Source of the DNA: Botryllus schlosseri
Lineage: Eukaryota
Reading direction: 5' to 3'
Assembly: GCA_051294905.1 (NCBI GenBank)
Contig: CM119371.1
Span: 8,000,001 to 8,064,000 of the forward strand
Length of the DNA: 64,000 bases
In this document: positions 24,499-38,000 of the stretch, piece by piece
How the letters are laid out: each line of letters begins with the position of its first letter
Numbering within the stretch: position 1 is the first letter of the stretch
Translations under genes and position numbers: made by a program
Notes under the pieces: generated by a model
Databases searched by the model: none
The model's input: only the letters and a program-made list of their open reading frames with translations
What the model was told of the DNA's origin: nothing

Positions 24499-27400
24499 AT
24501 GCCTGGTCCATCAGAAGAGAAAGGAGATACAATCTCCTCTAAAAAGCAATCTGTTTGTGAGCTTTACCAGGCGAGAACCAGGCAAGGACATGTCAAGGTT
24601 CCCATGATTCCGGGCATTAACGGTATGGCATAGAATTGATTACTATACTACAGTAGCTGTAAAGAGTTTCCTAGCTAACCTTGGATACGTCATGATTTAC
24701 TAGTTGCTTTTCGAATATTATCCGGATTGGATGCCGAGCAGAAAGTAGGAAGACAGATTTGACTAGATCTGACATCTTTTGGAGAATCAGTAAGCCTACA
24801 TGCAGTTTTCGACCTATACTTGAAAGATGGACGGATATGTGCAACTCCTATCGTAGTAGGGGCTGGAAGAGAAAATTATCCGGATTTATGAGATTGTTTT
24901 GTATATGTCCTTCGAAACTAGCGAAGCTAGTTTGATATGTTGTGCTATGATAAGAAAACCTTCATATAATACCATTATCGTCCAGGATTCCATCTTTGGC
25001 GATTAGGGAAATTCGTGTCAGGCTTAAAGCCAGGTCAAAACTAACTAAAGAGAGCAATGGCGGCGACTGCAAAGCGCCGTGCGATATCATTGTATGGATA
25101 AAAATTCCACGTTACAGCCGTTTATGCTATCCGATAAAGGGATGTTCGTTAACGGTAAAGCGGGACTTACGTCTGATTGCCGGTTACACTCCTTTCTTTG
25201 GGAGTGTGTGTTCTTATGTAATTGTTCTAAACAATAAACATTCGTGACTGGACAGCGAGTAAGGGCGTGTGATATACTTACGCGCTTTAGATTCCGAGGT
25301 GGAGAAGTCCGTTAAATTTTGAGAGGCTCAGCCCGCAAATACGGAATCACGTGATTGAATGATTCGGGGCATATTTTATTTCATAATTCTGTCGTTTCAG
25401 ATGAATTACCTCCTCCATATAAGGAGGCTTGTGGTTCTGGATTCACAGAGATCCCGCGAGACACCGAGCCTCGAGTGATGAAGCCAGCTGAAAGTGAGCC
25501 TGGGAGGTCGCAGGATTTCAATGCCGTTGTACCGGCCTGTGGTCAAAGTAAGTTTGATGTCAATTCTCGTACCGGTCAGTTAAAAGGTGGTGAAGTATTC
25601 AGCGTTTCAACTCAAGTGGAAGTAACGCCGCAGATTTCTACACAATTCAAAGTAAACGTATAGTTATACCAAATTCGTGTAAAATCTACTTCAGATGGGA
25701 GTCTCCCAGGTATGGTGAAGGTACTCGCAGTTGATAATGCGGCAGTGTTGGGATGACTCGAGTCATGACTTGACTCGAGTCAGACTCGAGTCATCTTTTT
25801 CGTATGACTTGACTTGACTCGAGTCACTTTGCAAAAATGACTTGACTTGACTTGACTCGGCGCTTCAAAAATGCGGATTGACTCGTGACTCCGAGCAAAA
25901 TTTACGAGTCAATTTCAAGTCATCAAGTAAACCGTGTCGATCAAATCACTGTGTCTTGTGCATGTTCGGATTCTTCACGATACGCCGGTGTCACTTGTGA
26001 GATCAACCAGTCGTTCACTGATTGCACATTTCAATGGACCTTCATTGCCACGTCACAAATAAACTGACAGCAAACGAAATGATCACAGCCTGCGTTGTCG
26101 TAATGGTAGTAGGCTATTAGATGAATCTATTATTAGCAGGGTCTGTCCTTACATTGCACAGTACCCAACGTTACCAACCCTCTTGTATGATTTAAATCGA
26201 ACGAATATAGTTTATGCGTATATATTTTCACGGATGTGTAGATGGTTAGTAGTGTATTGTACGATATCAATTTATTTCAACTTCTCGAGGCTTGGTATAC
26301 GATCCTCTATTTTGGCTGATAGTAACAAGTAACAGAATGAAGCATGTAGCGCAGAGTTGTCAAACTTAACTGACGTCACGGGCCGGATTCAAACATTCAG
26401 ATCACTCGCCGGGTCACACCAGTCAAATGATTCCAAAATATTAGCAACTCTTAAATCAATATATGCACTATTTCGTATTCTCGGAATTGGGTGTCAATGC
26501 CAGCAATTTACTCCTGACGATTTCAACTGCGCTGTCGGGTGGTAATAATGTGGCCTATGAACATGCTCGACATTTGCTATCCTGAAGGAATATTTATGAG
26601 AAGTATTTGTTACTACAAATTCGAGAAATGTGCTATATAAAATACCCCAATTTTTCATTCTCTACTCAGAATTGCTTCGCGGGCCGGATGAAATCATTTG
26701 GCGGGTCGTATGTTTGATACCCCTGATGTAGCTATGCAGTTACTGACGAATTTTATAAGAGTTCTACGTGTGCGTGAGCGATACAACTCGATTTGCCCGT
26801 ATATTTAATTCTAAATTCGTTATTTTATTCAAGACGGCCAATTAATCTATCTAGCAACAAATCTAGCAAAATGTTATGACTTTAAATGATCACTCATACT
26901 TAGAAATTTCAATTTGACTTGAATTGTGACTTGACTCATGACTTGACTTGACTTGACTCGAGTCACCTCCAAAAAACGAGTGACTTGACTTGACTCGAGT
27001 CACCTTCAAAAATCGATTGACTTGACATGACTCGAGTCAAAATTTGCAATGACTCGAAATGACTCGTGACTCGAAGGTAGTGACTTGATCCCAACACTGT
27101 AATGCAGTACAGCGCTTCTCAAACATTTTGTATGCGCGTACCACTTCGAGAATTCTTACTGAGCCCCCGTGTTATATCGTTATATTGACTGGAAAAAAGG
27201 AAATTTACTCAAACGTGCTGAGAGCCGCTGTTTCAGTTGGATCACCGGTTAATAGTACCGAATAGTACCAGTTTGACACAAGTGGTTTGCTGCGGAGGTA
27301 AGATTTGGTACGGAGTCTTTTAAAAGTGCGGCAAGTCTTGATAATAATTTATAATCCTCGAGACATCAAATTGCCCGAAGCGAAGGATACTCTTTCAGTA

Positions 27401-28911
27401 GTTTGATATATCCCTAATTAATACTTTGTGCAATTGTTGTAAAATAAGCTTTACGAGCTTTAGGGAGTAGAAGTGTCTCTTTCGCCTTGCGCCGCTGTTT
27501 TACGTTTGATTAATTTTAACCACGGGCCGTAATTGAGCCACTAGCAATCGAACTCACTTGTTTGCTTCTACCATTAGGTCGTTACTACATTGAAGATTCG
27601 CAGTAACTGGGCACATGACGCTTTTTTGCATCACATGTGCAATCTAGTTTTGGTAGCCGCAGCGCTACTTGGACAAAAAGTAAAATAGAATGCTTGATAT
27701 CCATATTATGTTTTCAATACATATATTTATATGTTCGCTAAAGTTACTAGCGTACCACTTTAGATGTGCCCGCGTACCACTACTAGAACGCGTACCATAG
27801 TTTGGAAACCACTGCTACAGTAGAAGTAACGTCATGAATTTATACCAAATTACAAGTAGAAGTAGACAAATTTTTCCAACAGATGCCAAAAATGCCTGAA
27901 GTGTAAATCGAATGGGAAAGCATGAAAAGTGTGGGACTGAGCAGTTTCGTAAAGTACATCGGTCGCGTCGCACATATGTTAGATAGTTGGTCGGAATGGG
28001 CTACAAATTGTTAGACCATCATCATCATCATCATTGGTTTATTAGCAATTTTTATCAGTTCAGTGCACCACAAAAATGCGATACAATGAAACGATAAGGG
28101 GTGTCGAAGCGACTTGGAGTAGTCTATGGAATCAGACTCCCACCTTGGATGTATCTTTTTTGACTTCGTCATTGACGCATAATGACAAATGCCACTACAA
28201 ATAGGTGGAATTATTTATAATACGATGAAGTTATCGTGATACAGGAGATATTTTGCCGTCTTGGTATGACAATTTCATTCATAAATGTTATACAAACATC
28301 TCCCGCAAACTACTTCCTACGACGGATTTTAGTAAGTAATGTTGCATAAACTGTAAGTAGAATTGGAAGTAGACTAGAACATAATCCAATCGAGTCGGAA
28401 GTGGAAGTAAGGTTAAATTACATAAGCCAGTATAAACGTATATTGGCGCTTTCATTTCAACTTGTAATGTGTATGAGTGACGGTGTTATGCTCATGTGTC
28501 TCGTCCGCAATTTCGAACTGTTCCGATTTTGCGAGTGGTTTTGACGGCGAAATATTCTACCTCCAATGTCGTAATACTGGAATTATATTTAAGCACGTGT
28601 TGATTCCAACGAAGGCAATTTAATTCAGCGGCTGATTATGTTGTCTGTTGGTTAAGTTGTATTCGTAACTCTTTCGACAATGAATGTTTTAAGGCGATGA
28701 TCTGCCGGAACCGGATCCGACCATCGAAGAAGTTCGCGGCGACACTCCTAAACGTGTGAAGCCGAAGTTATCGACGATTCTGATGTTAATCCTGTTTCTG
28801 GTTATAATCGTTGGCGTACTCGCTATCATATGGAGCGTCGAACGTCCATCTTATCCGTCTTATATTATCGATATATTGACCTCGTCTAACCGATCCCCAC
28901 AAAGTGGCTGA
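24499..28911 (+). CDS. Gene B: uncharacterised PPxY-containing C-terminally anchored membrane protein (162 aa, 3 coding exons)
   Basis: Exons 24499-24622, 25401-25547 and 28694-28911 with phase-1 GT..AG introns give a 489-nt open frame: MPGPSEEKGDTISSKKQSVCELYQ...DELPPPYKEACGSG...KRVKPKLSTILMLILFLVIIVGVLAIIWSVERPSYPSYIIDILTSSNRSPQSG*. AATAAA at 29061; splice acceptor at 24460 upstream of the ATG. Confidence 0.8.
25743..27099. mobile_element. hAT-like element with GACTT/GACTC subterminal arrays in gene B intron 2
   Basis: TIR CAGTGTTGGGAT; TSD taatgcgg/taatgcag. Partial copies at ~20418-20560 and ~51110-51690. Confidence 0.9.
27110..27814. mobile_element. hAT MITE (CGCGTACCAC subterminal motif)
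   Basis: Ends CAGCGCTTCTCAAAC/TTTGGAAACCACTG; degenerate TSD atgcagta/ctacagta. Confidence 0.7.
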
Positions 28912-29935
28912 ACGCATTTTATCTTGAAGCAGGGCAATCGGCAGATCAACCTGTGAGCGAATTTTACCTTGAAGTTTAAACGTTGTATGGAAGTCTCAAG
29001 TGGAACGGAATCAGAAAGTTGCTCCGTATCATTCTTGAATCCGAAAAGTGTTTAACGTTCAATAAAACAATTGGGCTGAGTAATCATGTTGCTATTGTTC
29101 ATGTAGCTGTTGGGGCTAAATGCTAAGCTGCGATATGCTGGATATGTATATATCGGGGCCAAATTTTCCTTAACATGTTCTAAGATAAGACATTTATGTG
29201 GATAAAAAAATAAAACTTAGACGTGATCATCTCAATGCCAGCTGACTAAAATACTATGTGCTTGTACATGTACATTAATCACGTGTGTATTTCATATGTA
29301 GTCTTCGATTCGGTTAGTTTAGGACGTAGGTCGATATTGAAATAAGCAGTGATGTAAGGATTTTGTGGTACCACTATAGCAGTGCTTCTCGAGCTGGAGG
29401 GCGTGGCAGCAGCTGAAGGGGGCGCAAAGCTCTGGTCAACCGATTCTCTCTTCGCGCTTTGTCCGATTTACCACCGATCTATGAATTCGCTCCGTGTATG
29501 ATCCGAATTTTATGTTTGTGAATTCTCTTATCAACAGTAATAACTGGGGCAAGCTTTCGTTGCACTAAAGTCGCGAGAAAGTTGCATTTATTATTAGCAA
29601 CAGTTGCATTTATAATTTGTGTTGAATTTTTAGGGTATGAGATACTCGAAAGGTTCCGTTATATAACCCAGTCCCCGCAGACTTGTCAAATTTGTTACTT
29701 TATTGTCACTTAACGAACGGTCTGGCGAAGCCGCCAAAATTACATTTTTACCGGCACATAGCGAGGAAATTATGCAATGCGGGAATAATTTCCCTTAAAA
29801 AGCCAAACAGCATAGCTGTAACCCCTTCCCCTAAAACAAGTCAAATACCGCACCTCAAATCCCCTAGGTCAGCAAACTTTATCCAAGGCGTCGCAGAGAA
29901 ACTCACTCCTGGCGACTTTAACAAAATCTATAGCC

Positions 29936-30234
29936 CAGTGGTTCTCAACCTTTTTTTAGACACGCCCCCCTTTTTGATAGTGAAAAATTTCGCGCCCCCC
30001 TTATCGTCATATCACAAAATCCAACTGGGATGCTAGCAACCCCAACAGATTGTTTGGTGGTCTGGACGGTTATGAATGTTGATGATAGAATCAAAGTATA
30101 TGAAATTGGGTATATGTAGACAGAAACACGCTCGTATAGAAGGTAAATCGCGCAGAGCGCGAAAATTTTTTTCAGGTGACCGCTTCTTCGCGCCCCCTTC
30201 AGATGTTTCACGCCCCCCAGGTTGAGAACCCCTG
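29936..30234. mobile_element. hAT MITE nested within a related MITE (29380-30863)
   Basis: TIRs CAGTGGTTCTCAACC/GGTTGAGAACCCCTG. The uninterrupted host counterpart is at ~47329-47626. Confidence 0.8.
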
Positions 30235-30923
30235 CATAGACTAATGTGACCCAGCGAAAATGTAATTCTTGGCGGTCCCGCCTGGGCGTTCGTGAAATGA
30301 GAAACTACCTCAAATTTAAACGACGGTATCAATAAAGCGATCGATTTACATATTGTTCGAACACGGTCGTGCTTGGCAGGGTAGTTGAACTTTTTGCTTG
30401 CAAGTCATTGTGTCATAGATAACAAAGTGAGATGCAGCTAACCATCATATAACTCTTTGTTATGCAAATCAAAGAGAATCAAAGAGAATCGAAACATACT
30501 AGAAACAGTTTATAGCAAGTTTTTAAATAACTCCATTACATTTTGACGCAATATTTGATAAAAGTTGGAGTAAAAATTGGAATGAAAAATAGAGAAAAGT
30601 TGCAAAAATTTGCACTATTAAATCCCTCCAAACACCTTAAAACATCATAGTACATAGAATCTGAGTATCTAGGAAGCTGTAGGAAGCTGTAAAAAAGTTT
30701 CAAATGTTGCAAAAACTTGCCCTAGTAATAACTTTCCATGTCATCAAACTACTCTTCAAGATTGCTAGCATTCTGGTCTCAATTTAGGATATGACGATAA
30801 GGGGGCGCTAAGATTTTCACTATCATAAACGGGTGCGTGTCCAAAAAAGTTTGAGGACCACTGAACTACCGTATTGAACATCACTGAATTAAGGTCAGCT
30901 TAGACTTGAACTTTATTCTAGAC

Positions 30924-31110
30924 CAGTGGTTCCCAACGTGGGCGATACCACTCCCTGGTGGGCGATATTGCGGTCTGGGGGGCGAAAATCACGAAGGATG
31001 CGATGGGCGACAGTTTGTATGGAAATTTTTCGGTTCACAATGTTTGGGGGGAGATGATCGGTGTGGAGCTTGAAAAGAGGCGATGAGTCGAAAAAGGTTG
31101 GGAACCACTG
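30924..31110. mobile_element. hAT MITE
   Basis: TIR CAGTGGTTCCCAAC; perfect TSD ttctagac. Confidence 0.92.
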
Positions 31111-31273
31111 TTCTAGACGCTGGTAATATGCATGATTTCGGGGCCGACATCTCGATTTATTAGTCAAGCAAATCGAGTGTAGGTGACTGGTTTTTGTGTG
31201 TTCTCGGAAAGCCGTATCAGCTTCTGCGTCGGGATCACCCACACTCACTATGGAACTGGATGTGTGTTCTCAC

Positions 31274-33055
31274 TAGAGTTTGATCAATTGTAGTTTGTAA
31301 TTAGGCTGAATTTAATTAATTACATTTTTCATGTAATTGTAGTTGTAATTGTAATTTAAGCATTTCTATTTTGTGTAATTTTAATTGTATTTGTAATTTG
31401 ACCAAAATTTTGCTCAATGTCAATCTCAATTACATTTTCATGGAAACCTGACAATCACAATAAAAAATAGCTATTTAATCAATCATTTATTCGTCGCACC
31501 AGTGAACATCCGGTATGAACCAGGATGACGACGAGGGGCTTTAAGGCCTTAGTAAACAGTCACCACATGTAATAATTAGCCTATTTACATCGGTGTTATA
31601 TGCATGCTGCGTTATAACTAGATAATTCAGTCACGCTAAAATGTTTCCCATACTTCAGTGGCAACATAGAAAACTTTGTGAATTACAATATAGGCTAAAC
31701 CAGGGGTTCTCAAACTGGGGGCGTGTCCCATTGGGCGGCGTGAAAGCATCTGAACGGGGCGCGACGGTCCAGTGACCTGAAATCTTTTCCGCGCTTGGCC
31801 CGATTCACCTCCGTTTTATGGTTATTGCTCGGTGTATAGTCTGAATTTCGTATTGGACAATTCTCTCGTCAACAGTCATACCCTTCCATACCATCAAACT
31901 ATATGTAAGGATTGCTAACTTTCTGGTTTCATTGTGTGCTATGACGATAAGGGGGCACGAAATATTCTCTGTCATGAAGGGGGCGTGTCTAAAAAAGTTA
32001 GAGAACCAGTGGGCTAAACTAAATCTTAATATTTCAAAAATGGATGAGCAGCAAATAAACTCTTCTGAAACCTGTGCTGAACCATTTCCTACACCACGGT
32101 CAAAGTTTTTTTTTTTTTTTTTTTTATCTCTGACCAGTACCGAGGCTTGTTCCAACAATAGCAAAAAAAAAAATTCACGTTTCCACCCAAGGCTTCATCA
32201 AACTTGATCACGCATTTGTAGAGATGTTATCCCAATCTTACCTCCAATCTTGACCAAATTTACTGGGGCCAGAAACTTTTCGCATCCTAATGTTCATCAA
32301 ATGCAATCGAACAGCTTCCGAGCAACTGAAAATGTAAATGCGAACCAAAATATTGTAATTCTTAGTTGTCAGGAGGTTAAATCCTTTTGCATCTATTTTG
32401 ATTTTACGCAACTTATCGGTATCATCCTTATCGCTGACGCCTTACCAATTAGATTTCATTATCCTGACTAGATGACCTCACGGCCGTATCGCAACTCCGC
32501 CGTCAAAGCATCTCGATGGTGCAGGCAAAAAAGAATATCATATCTCTCATTGCACATTCAACATTCGACAAATAGAAAAAAATGACTCAGCTCTGAGTAG
32601 CCTAATCGTTTGATTACATTTCATTGACTGTCCTGTAGCCTATTCGCTGCTAGTCAGTCAAACCTGTGGTTCTTAACAGTCGCTTGAAACATTTTTCTGT
32701 GCTTGTAGTTTTCAGTACTCATGATTAGGAATAGTTCGAATACGTTCGAGTTTTTTTTAATTATAGGGTATTCTACATATCAGGAATGGAACATGAATAG
32801 CTTGAGATTGTTGCTAGTACGTCGCTACGGTTTTCAAAGAACGCCTCTTTACTGAATCAATTACCTGTTTAAAAGTAATTGTAATTGTAATTATAATTGT
32901 AATTAAATACACATTTAGCAGTAATTGTAATTGTAATTTTAATTGTAATTTGATATTTTTAATATTGAGTAATTGTAATTGTAGTGTAATTGAAACATGC
33001 AAGGAAGTAATTGTAATTGTAATTGAATTAAAATATTGTAATTGATCCAACTCTG
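31274..33055. mobile_element. hAT-like element with (TAATTG)n subterminal arrays; contains nested MITE 31701-32011
   Basis: Ends TAGAGTTTGATCAATT/AATTGATCCAACTCTG; perfect TSD gttctcac; empty site at ~47836 in the duplicate. The inner MITE has TSD ggctaaac. Confidence 0.9.
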
Positions 33056-34244
33056 GTTCTCACCTATCCTATGTATCGTTAGATGCCTTGTTACTTCGAC
33101 ACATTGCTTCAATCGTCTCTAGTGTTGCAATTCTGATGAGAAGGACTGCGAAATTATGTTTTGTGTTAAATTATTACGAATTAAAATGAACGCATATGTA
33201 TATTATCTGTTATATAATATACCCGTCTCCACGATGTCTTCACCTGTAAATGTTGACCTAGCTGAACTTAAGAAAAGATAGGCTTACGTGTACGAAGTTT
33301 ACTGACAAATATACTACAAGCTCGAAAAAGATAATCGTCCAGAACAGAGCTAACGCGAATCCTACATACACATAATCCCGCATCTGTGCCATATAAAACA
33401 ATTAAATCAGTCAACTGATAAGATACGCCAGTAATCAAAGCGTCCACAAAACATCAAGAATGCTCAAAGACAAGATCGACTGCAAATTATATAATGTGGA
33501 ATGAGTAATAAAATGTGTAGCAGACATGCAGGTTCATGAGCGGAACACACTTTCCTACAACGATAGCATAATAGGCCTATAAGCCGTGGAATCTCCTGGG
33601 CTCCGTAGATTGCGGATCACCTGGGGTCTCTGCTATTTCTATGCCCTAGCTATAAGGGAAAGTCAAAATGTTTTGCATTTCAAGCGAAATAGGGTCAGAG
33701 GGTACAAAACTTTAATGGCCCAATTAACATTATATCGAATTTCCAAATTATTAGACATTGAGCTTTACTACTGACTTTCTTCGGGAGCAAATGTCAGAAA
33801 ATTCTATCAACCTTATTCGAAAATAGAAATAAAATAAAAATAATCTTGTCGTTGTGACGTAATGTCAAGTACTCGGAATCTCGAACGACATATAAGAAAG
33901 CAAAGTTACAATATTATAAAAGGGAAATTCGTCTTCAAAATAAACGATTATATAATGGTTGATTCACGAACCTTCAAATGAAAAAAAGTGAGCCACCACG
34001 ACCAACTATAGGAAACTGATTTACGTTATAACATTTGGCACGTTCAGCGTGTTTTAGGAGTTGTTGCCCGAGGTCAGCTCTGATGAGAATCAGCCGAAAA
34101 GCATAGAGTGGAATAAATGTAGCAATATGAACATATTTATGTTGGGAAATCCAAGTTAAGAACTATATGCAACTATATTGTTCACCATGATGGGCTGTAT
34201 ACGGTTTCTCAATATTACACAAAGTTGTTATCCCCCGACGAAAA

Positions 34245-35085
34245 TCAAGTAGATACTTTTTCCGACTTCAGCACATCTCTAATGCGCTTGACAGTCGCAA
34301 TATCCACATTGCGAAGATCAAATGACAACCATTCCCCATCAAACGTGAGACCGGTGTTTTCCGTGACAATTCGAGACACCCGCAGTAGCATATCTCGGTT
34401 TTTAACTCGCGACAATCTCTCCTGTAACCAACGCAATTGATAATACAATTCCTGTGGAGTTTGGGACAGTGATGATGCCTGCAGTATATCGATTTTCACC
34501 GATGCAGTATCTTCTTCGTCCATGTTCAATGGCGCTTTGCCCATCTTCGAGGCCAACTCTTCGTTTTTCATAGTTTGATTTCTGTCCATTGCACCCTTCG
34601 ATGTGGACTGGCGCTGCGATACGAGCTTACACCTTTGAACACTGGAATCTCTAATCTTGACAAACTTCATCTTCAAACCACCGAACTCGCCTGGCGAAGT
34701 TTTAGGTTGAGTCGCAATCATCCAGATGGCAGATTCATGTTTCGCCTTCTTGTAACTATCGCTTCCCATATCTGCGTGCTCAGACCTGTTGTGCGGTCTT
34801 TGCTTCAATTTTTCTTCGGACGCGACTAATCTTTTCTTCACCGCAGGTATCTCGCATTTACTGGTGTCGGTCTTGGCTGCAGTTGTCGATAGATGATGAC
34901 AACTTCATCTTTCTTGGTTTATTTGTAATACTTTGCAACGCAGATTTTTGTACTGATCCTGGTTTCAAGTTTTCGTGACTGAGCTCCTTAAACTTGGCCA
35001 TCCTATTCGCGGCATGTACAAAGTCTTTCGGGTTGTGACCACGATGGACTTTTGGGCGACACGGGAGTACCGCCATATCTTCCAT
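34245..35085 (-). pseudogene. Frameshifted paralogue of the AF9/ENL-AHD gene (probable pseudogene, or sequencing error)
   Basis: ORFs 34858-35085 and 34245-34841 are consecutive parts of the 49009-50406 protein. A +1 insertion near 34883 (GACAACTGCAGCC vs GACATTGCAGCC) breaks the frame. The AHD itself is intact (QELYYQLRWLQERLSRVKN...SFDLRNVDIATVKRIRDVLKS). Confidence 0.8.
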
Positions 35086-38000
35086 TCTTGCCTTATTTAT
35101 GGGAGCGTTCCGCCGTTGCTACATCCACAGGATTCTCGGTTGAAGTGAACATTCAGCAGACTATATCCCATTTGCTATACTGTAGCTACACGTGATTTAA
35201 TTCGTTATCAATCTTTCTTCGTTCTTCCTGCTCTCGTTTCAAAGGCCCGCAAATTTGAGTACGTGAAAGCTGGTAGGAACGAACATAGGCCGGAAGCTCT
35301 GTAGTATAAATATATGCTTAACACCGACTGTCGGACTTGCTATCGGCCTAACAGTACGGTCGGGCTTCCAAATAGATAACCTAGAAACGTAAATTAATTT
35401 CTTATCAATTAGAATAACGCAGAGCGACAAAATAGACAAGGATGTCTGGTCATGTCTAGATATCGCCGAATATAGGTCATCTACATTTGTGCGTCGATAA
35501 TACAAGTTTAAGCAGGGAGAGACATAAGATTTACTTTGTGAATTAAAACCAAAATCGTTCATTTATGGTACCGTCATTGGCGAATCCCGATACGCATGCT
35601 TTTTTAAACCAGACCCCATGTGACTTCTTCCTGTAAAGGCATTGTAATTGTGGACATGGATTAGAAACATATGTCTTTATTATTGCGCTCATCAAGTCAG
35701 CATTCATTATAACAAATAGGAAATGTGCTAGCGTTAGGTTCATGTTCGCCTCTGTTGCAGACTGCAGATACGCTTTTCCCTTATCTGTATTGGACTAAAC
35801 GATCAATAAATTAAATATTCCAGATTGATGTTGACAGTAGCTCCTTTGCGACAATGGTTCTTAAACTTTTTAGTCCCTATCCTCACGCATCAAAAATAAC
35901 ACATTTTAATGCGATGCTACGTTATACGTTCATGTATGACATAGAGAGTGAGCAGACAACAGTTGGTCGCAACGCAACTCTACTCCTTGTCGCTACGACA
36001 TCTTCCTGTCATTTCATTGTATCGCATTTTTGTGGTGTATTGAACTGATAAAATTGCTAATAAACCAATGATGATGATGAACTCTATATGTAACATGTCT
36101 GACACATGCTAAATTGACGTGTATCATTCTCCTCTGCAGGTAGCATTTGTACTATTGTCTACTCAAATTGCAAGGGCGGGAATATTCGGTGCCAACCCTT
36201 TTGACATGACTGTGTGCTTTAGGCGATGATATGCCGACCATCGAGACATCATGGGCAAATTCCTAGTTTTTCATGACTCCGCGGGCTGCAGCATCAATTT
36301 AGGGTTATTCAATGTTTAATTTTCAAGTAGGCCTTATTTGACGAGACCTTGCAGACAGGAATTCCACAAACACCGTGGAAATGTAATTTACTATTGTACT
36401 GTTCACGCTTGACAGGAAAAAAATCACATTTTCAAATATTTCAATAAAATTGTTTTTGTGTCGGGCCTAATTTTTTTTTATTCAATGAGATATAGACATC
36501 ATGCGAGTAGATGTATCATGACATTGTAGAGCTGTCGGGTTATATATTGCAGCTAGTGGACCTATGACGTGCCACAATTTCATGTAGAATAATTTAAAAT
36601 CTACTGAACATTGATCTGGTATCGGAGCATTTGAGCGGTGTAGCCTAATCCTGATTTTGATATGGTCATGATAAGCATCGGCTATTGTTACTTTTATCGC
36701 CAAAGTCTAATTAAATCAGCGTTAGATTTTGCCTTCGATTATTATTATTGGAACATATCAATACCAAATTCAATATAATCAATTTTGAGCAATAGTAATA
36801 GTATTGCTTCTTATCCTTTTTAGCGATCGTACCTTTGTGCCTACAATAAGATTTTTCTTAGCCCCTGTTCATTTTCAACACAATTTCTAATGATACATAT
36901 ATTAGAATCGGAAAGCCAATTCACATAAAATCGTGCGCAGCGCGAAGACTATTTTCCAGTTAAATAAATTGGCCTCGAAAAAATTCCACAGCATTTAGGC
37001 CTAATTCCACAATTCATCGCGTACACCCTGGTGTGGTGCTTCGTACCCCGATGGGGTCTACGGACCCTGGTTAAGAACCCCTGAAATTGAAATATCCAAC
37101 CGATGTGAACATGGATAATGAGAGCTAACAATACCCAGCATGTAACCAACTATACGTCACGGGAGTCTCGTGGTCTCAACGTGGGCGAACGAGGTTGGGG
37201 ACCACTGTTATGGACCCTACGATACGCAAGCTACAACCTTTCGATATATTACTACTCCCCATGTCAGTTTCATATATTGTTGCATGCGTAGGATTACTAA
37301 ATCACCGTTCCGAGTCGCAAGTCATTCTCTGATTTCAACGTTTGACCCGAATCTACTTAATTCATTTTTATTTAATCACCCAGTCAATCCGAAAACTAGT
37401 AATTTTACGAGAAGATCGCACCAAACCAAATTACAATTTTCAGTCACGAATCATCAATGGGTCATGTTTTATCATCATGCACTAGAAATGTGACGTAAAA
37501 GCTGATCTTCTACCGCATGGTAGCTTTTAAAAGTGATATGATGGTGAAGTTTGTTGAGATTTCAGTGATTTCCATAGTAGTTTTAGAGTGAACTTTAAGT
37601 TCTTATACCTGAGAAAGATATGTGGAACTTGAATATATATTGTTGGATTCTTGAAATTCCAAAATGCCTTCGCGGACCGCACAAAATGCTCTCGCGGGCC
37701 GCGTGTTTGACACCTCTGCACTGAAGTTTGATCTTTCGAGGATTCCCCAAACCAAGAAATACCAAGTTCAAATCGCCTGCGTCTCTCTAATCACGGGTGT
37801 TCTAGGACGTTTGAGCGATTTCAATAAAAAGCTCAACACAAATTCACGCCCCAATATGTAGGCCTACGGAATCGAAAAAGATAACATATAAACGGGAATT
37901 ATTTTCACCTGACTCTGATCGTTGGCGAGTTAACTAAAAAAGGTCATTTGTCCGAGACGTTGCTCGGAAACCGGTTTCCGCGACTACTTTCTTTTGGATT

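Noticed and set aside
25743..27099. GACTT/GACTCGAGTC arrays (also TAATTG, GGATT and CCGATA arrays) as CRISPR-like repeats
   Set aside because: No unique spacers and no cas genes; they are subterminal repeats of TIR/TSD-bounded MITEs.
4763..28911. Assigning genes A/B to LITAF, NDFIP, PRRG or tunicate allorecognition families
   Set aside because: No LITAF CxxC pair, only one TM, and no signal peptide or ectodomain; a PPxY motif alone is not diagnostic.
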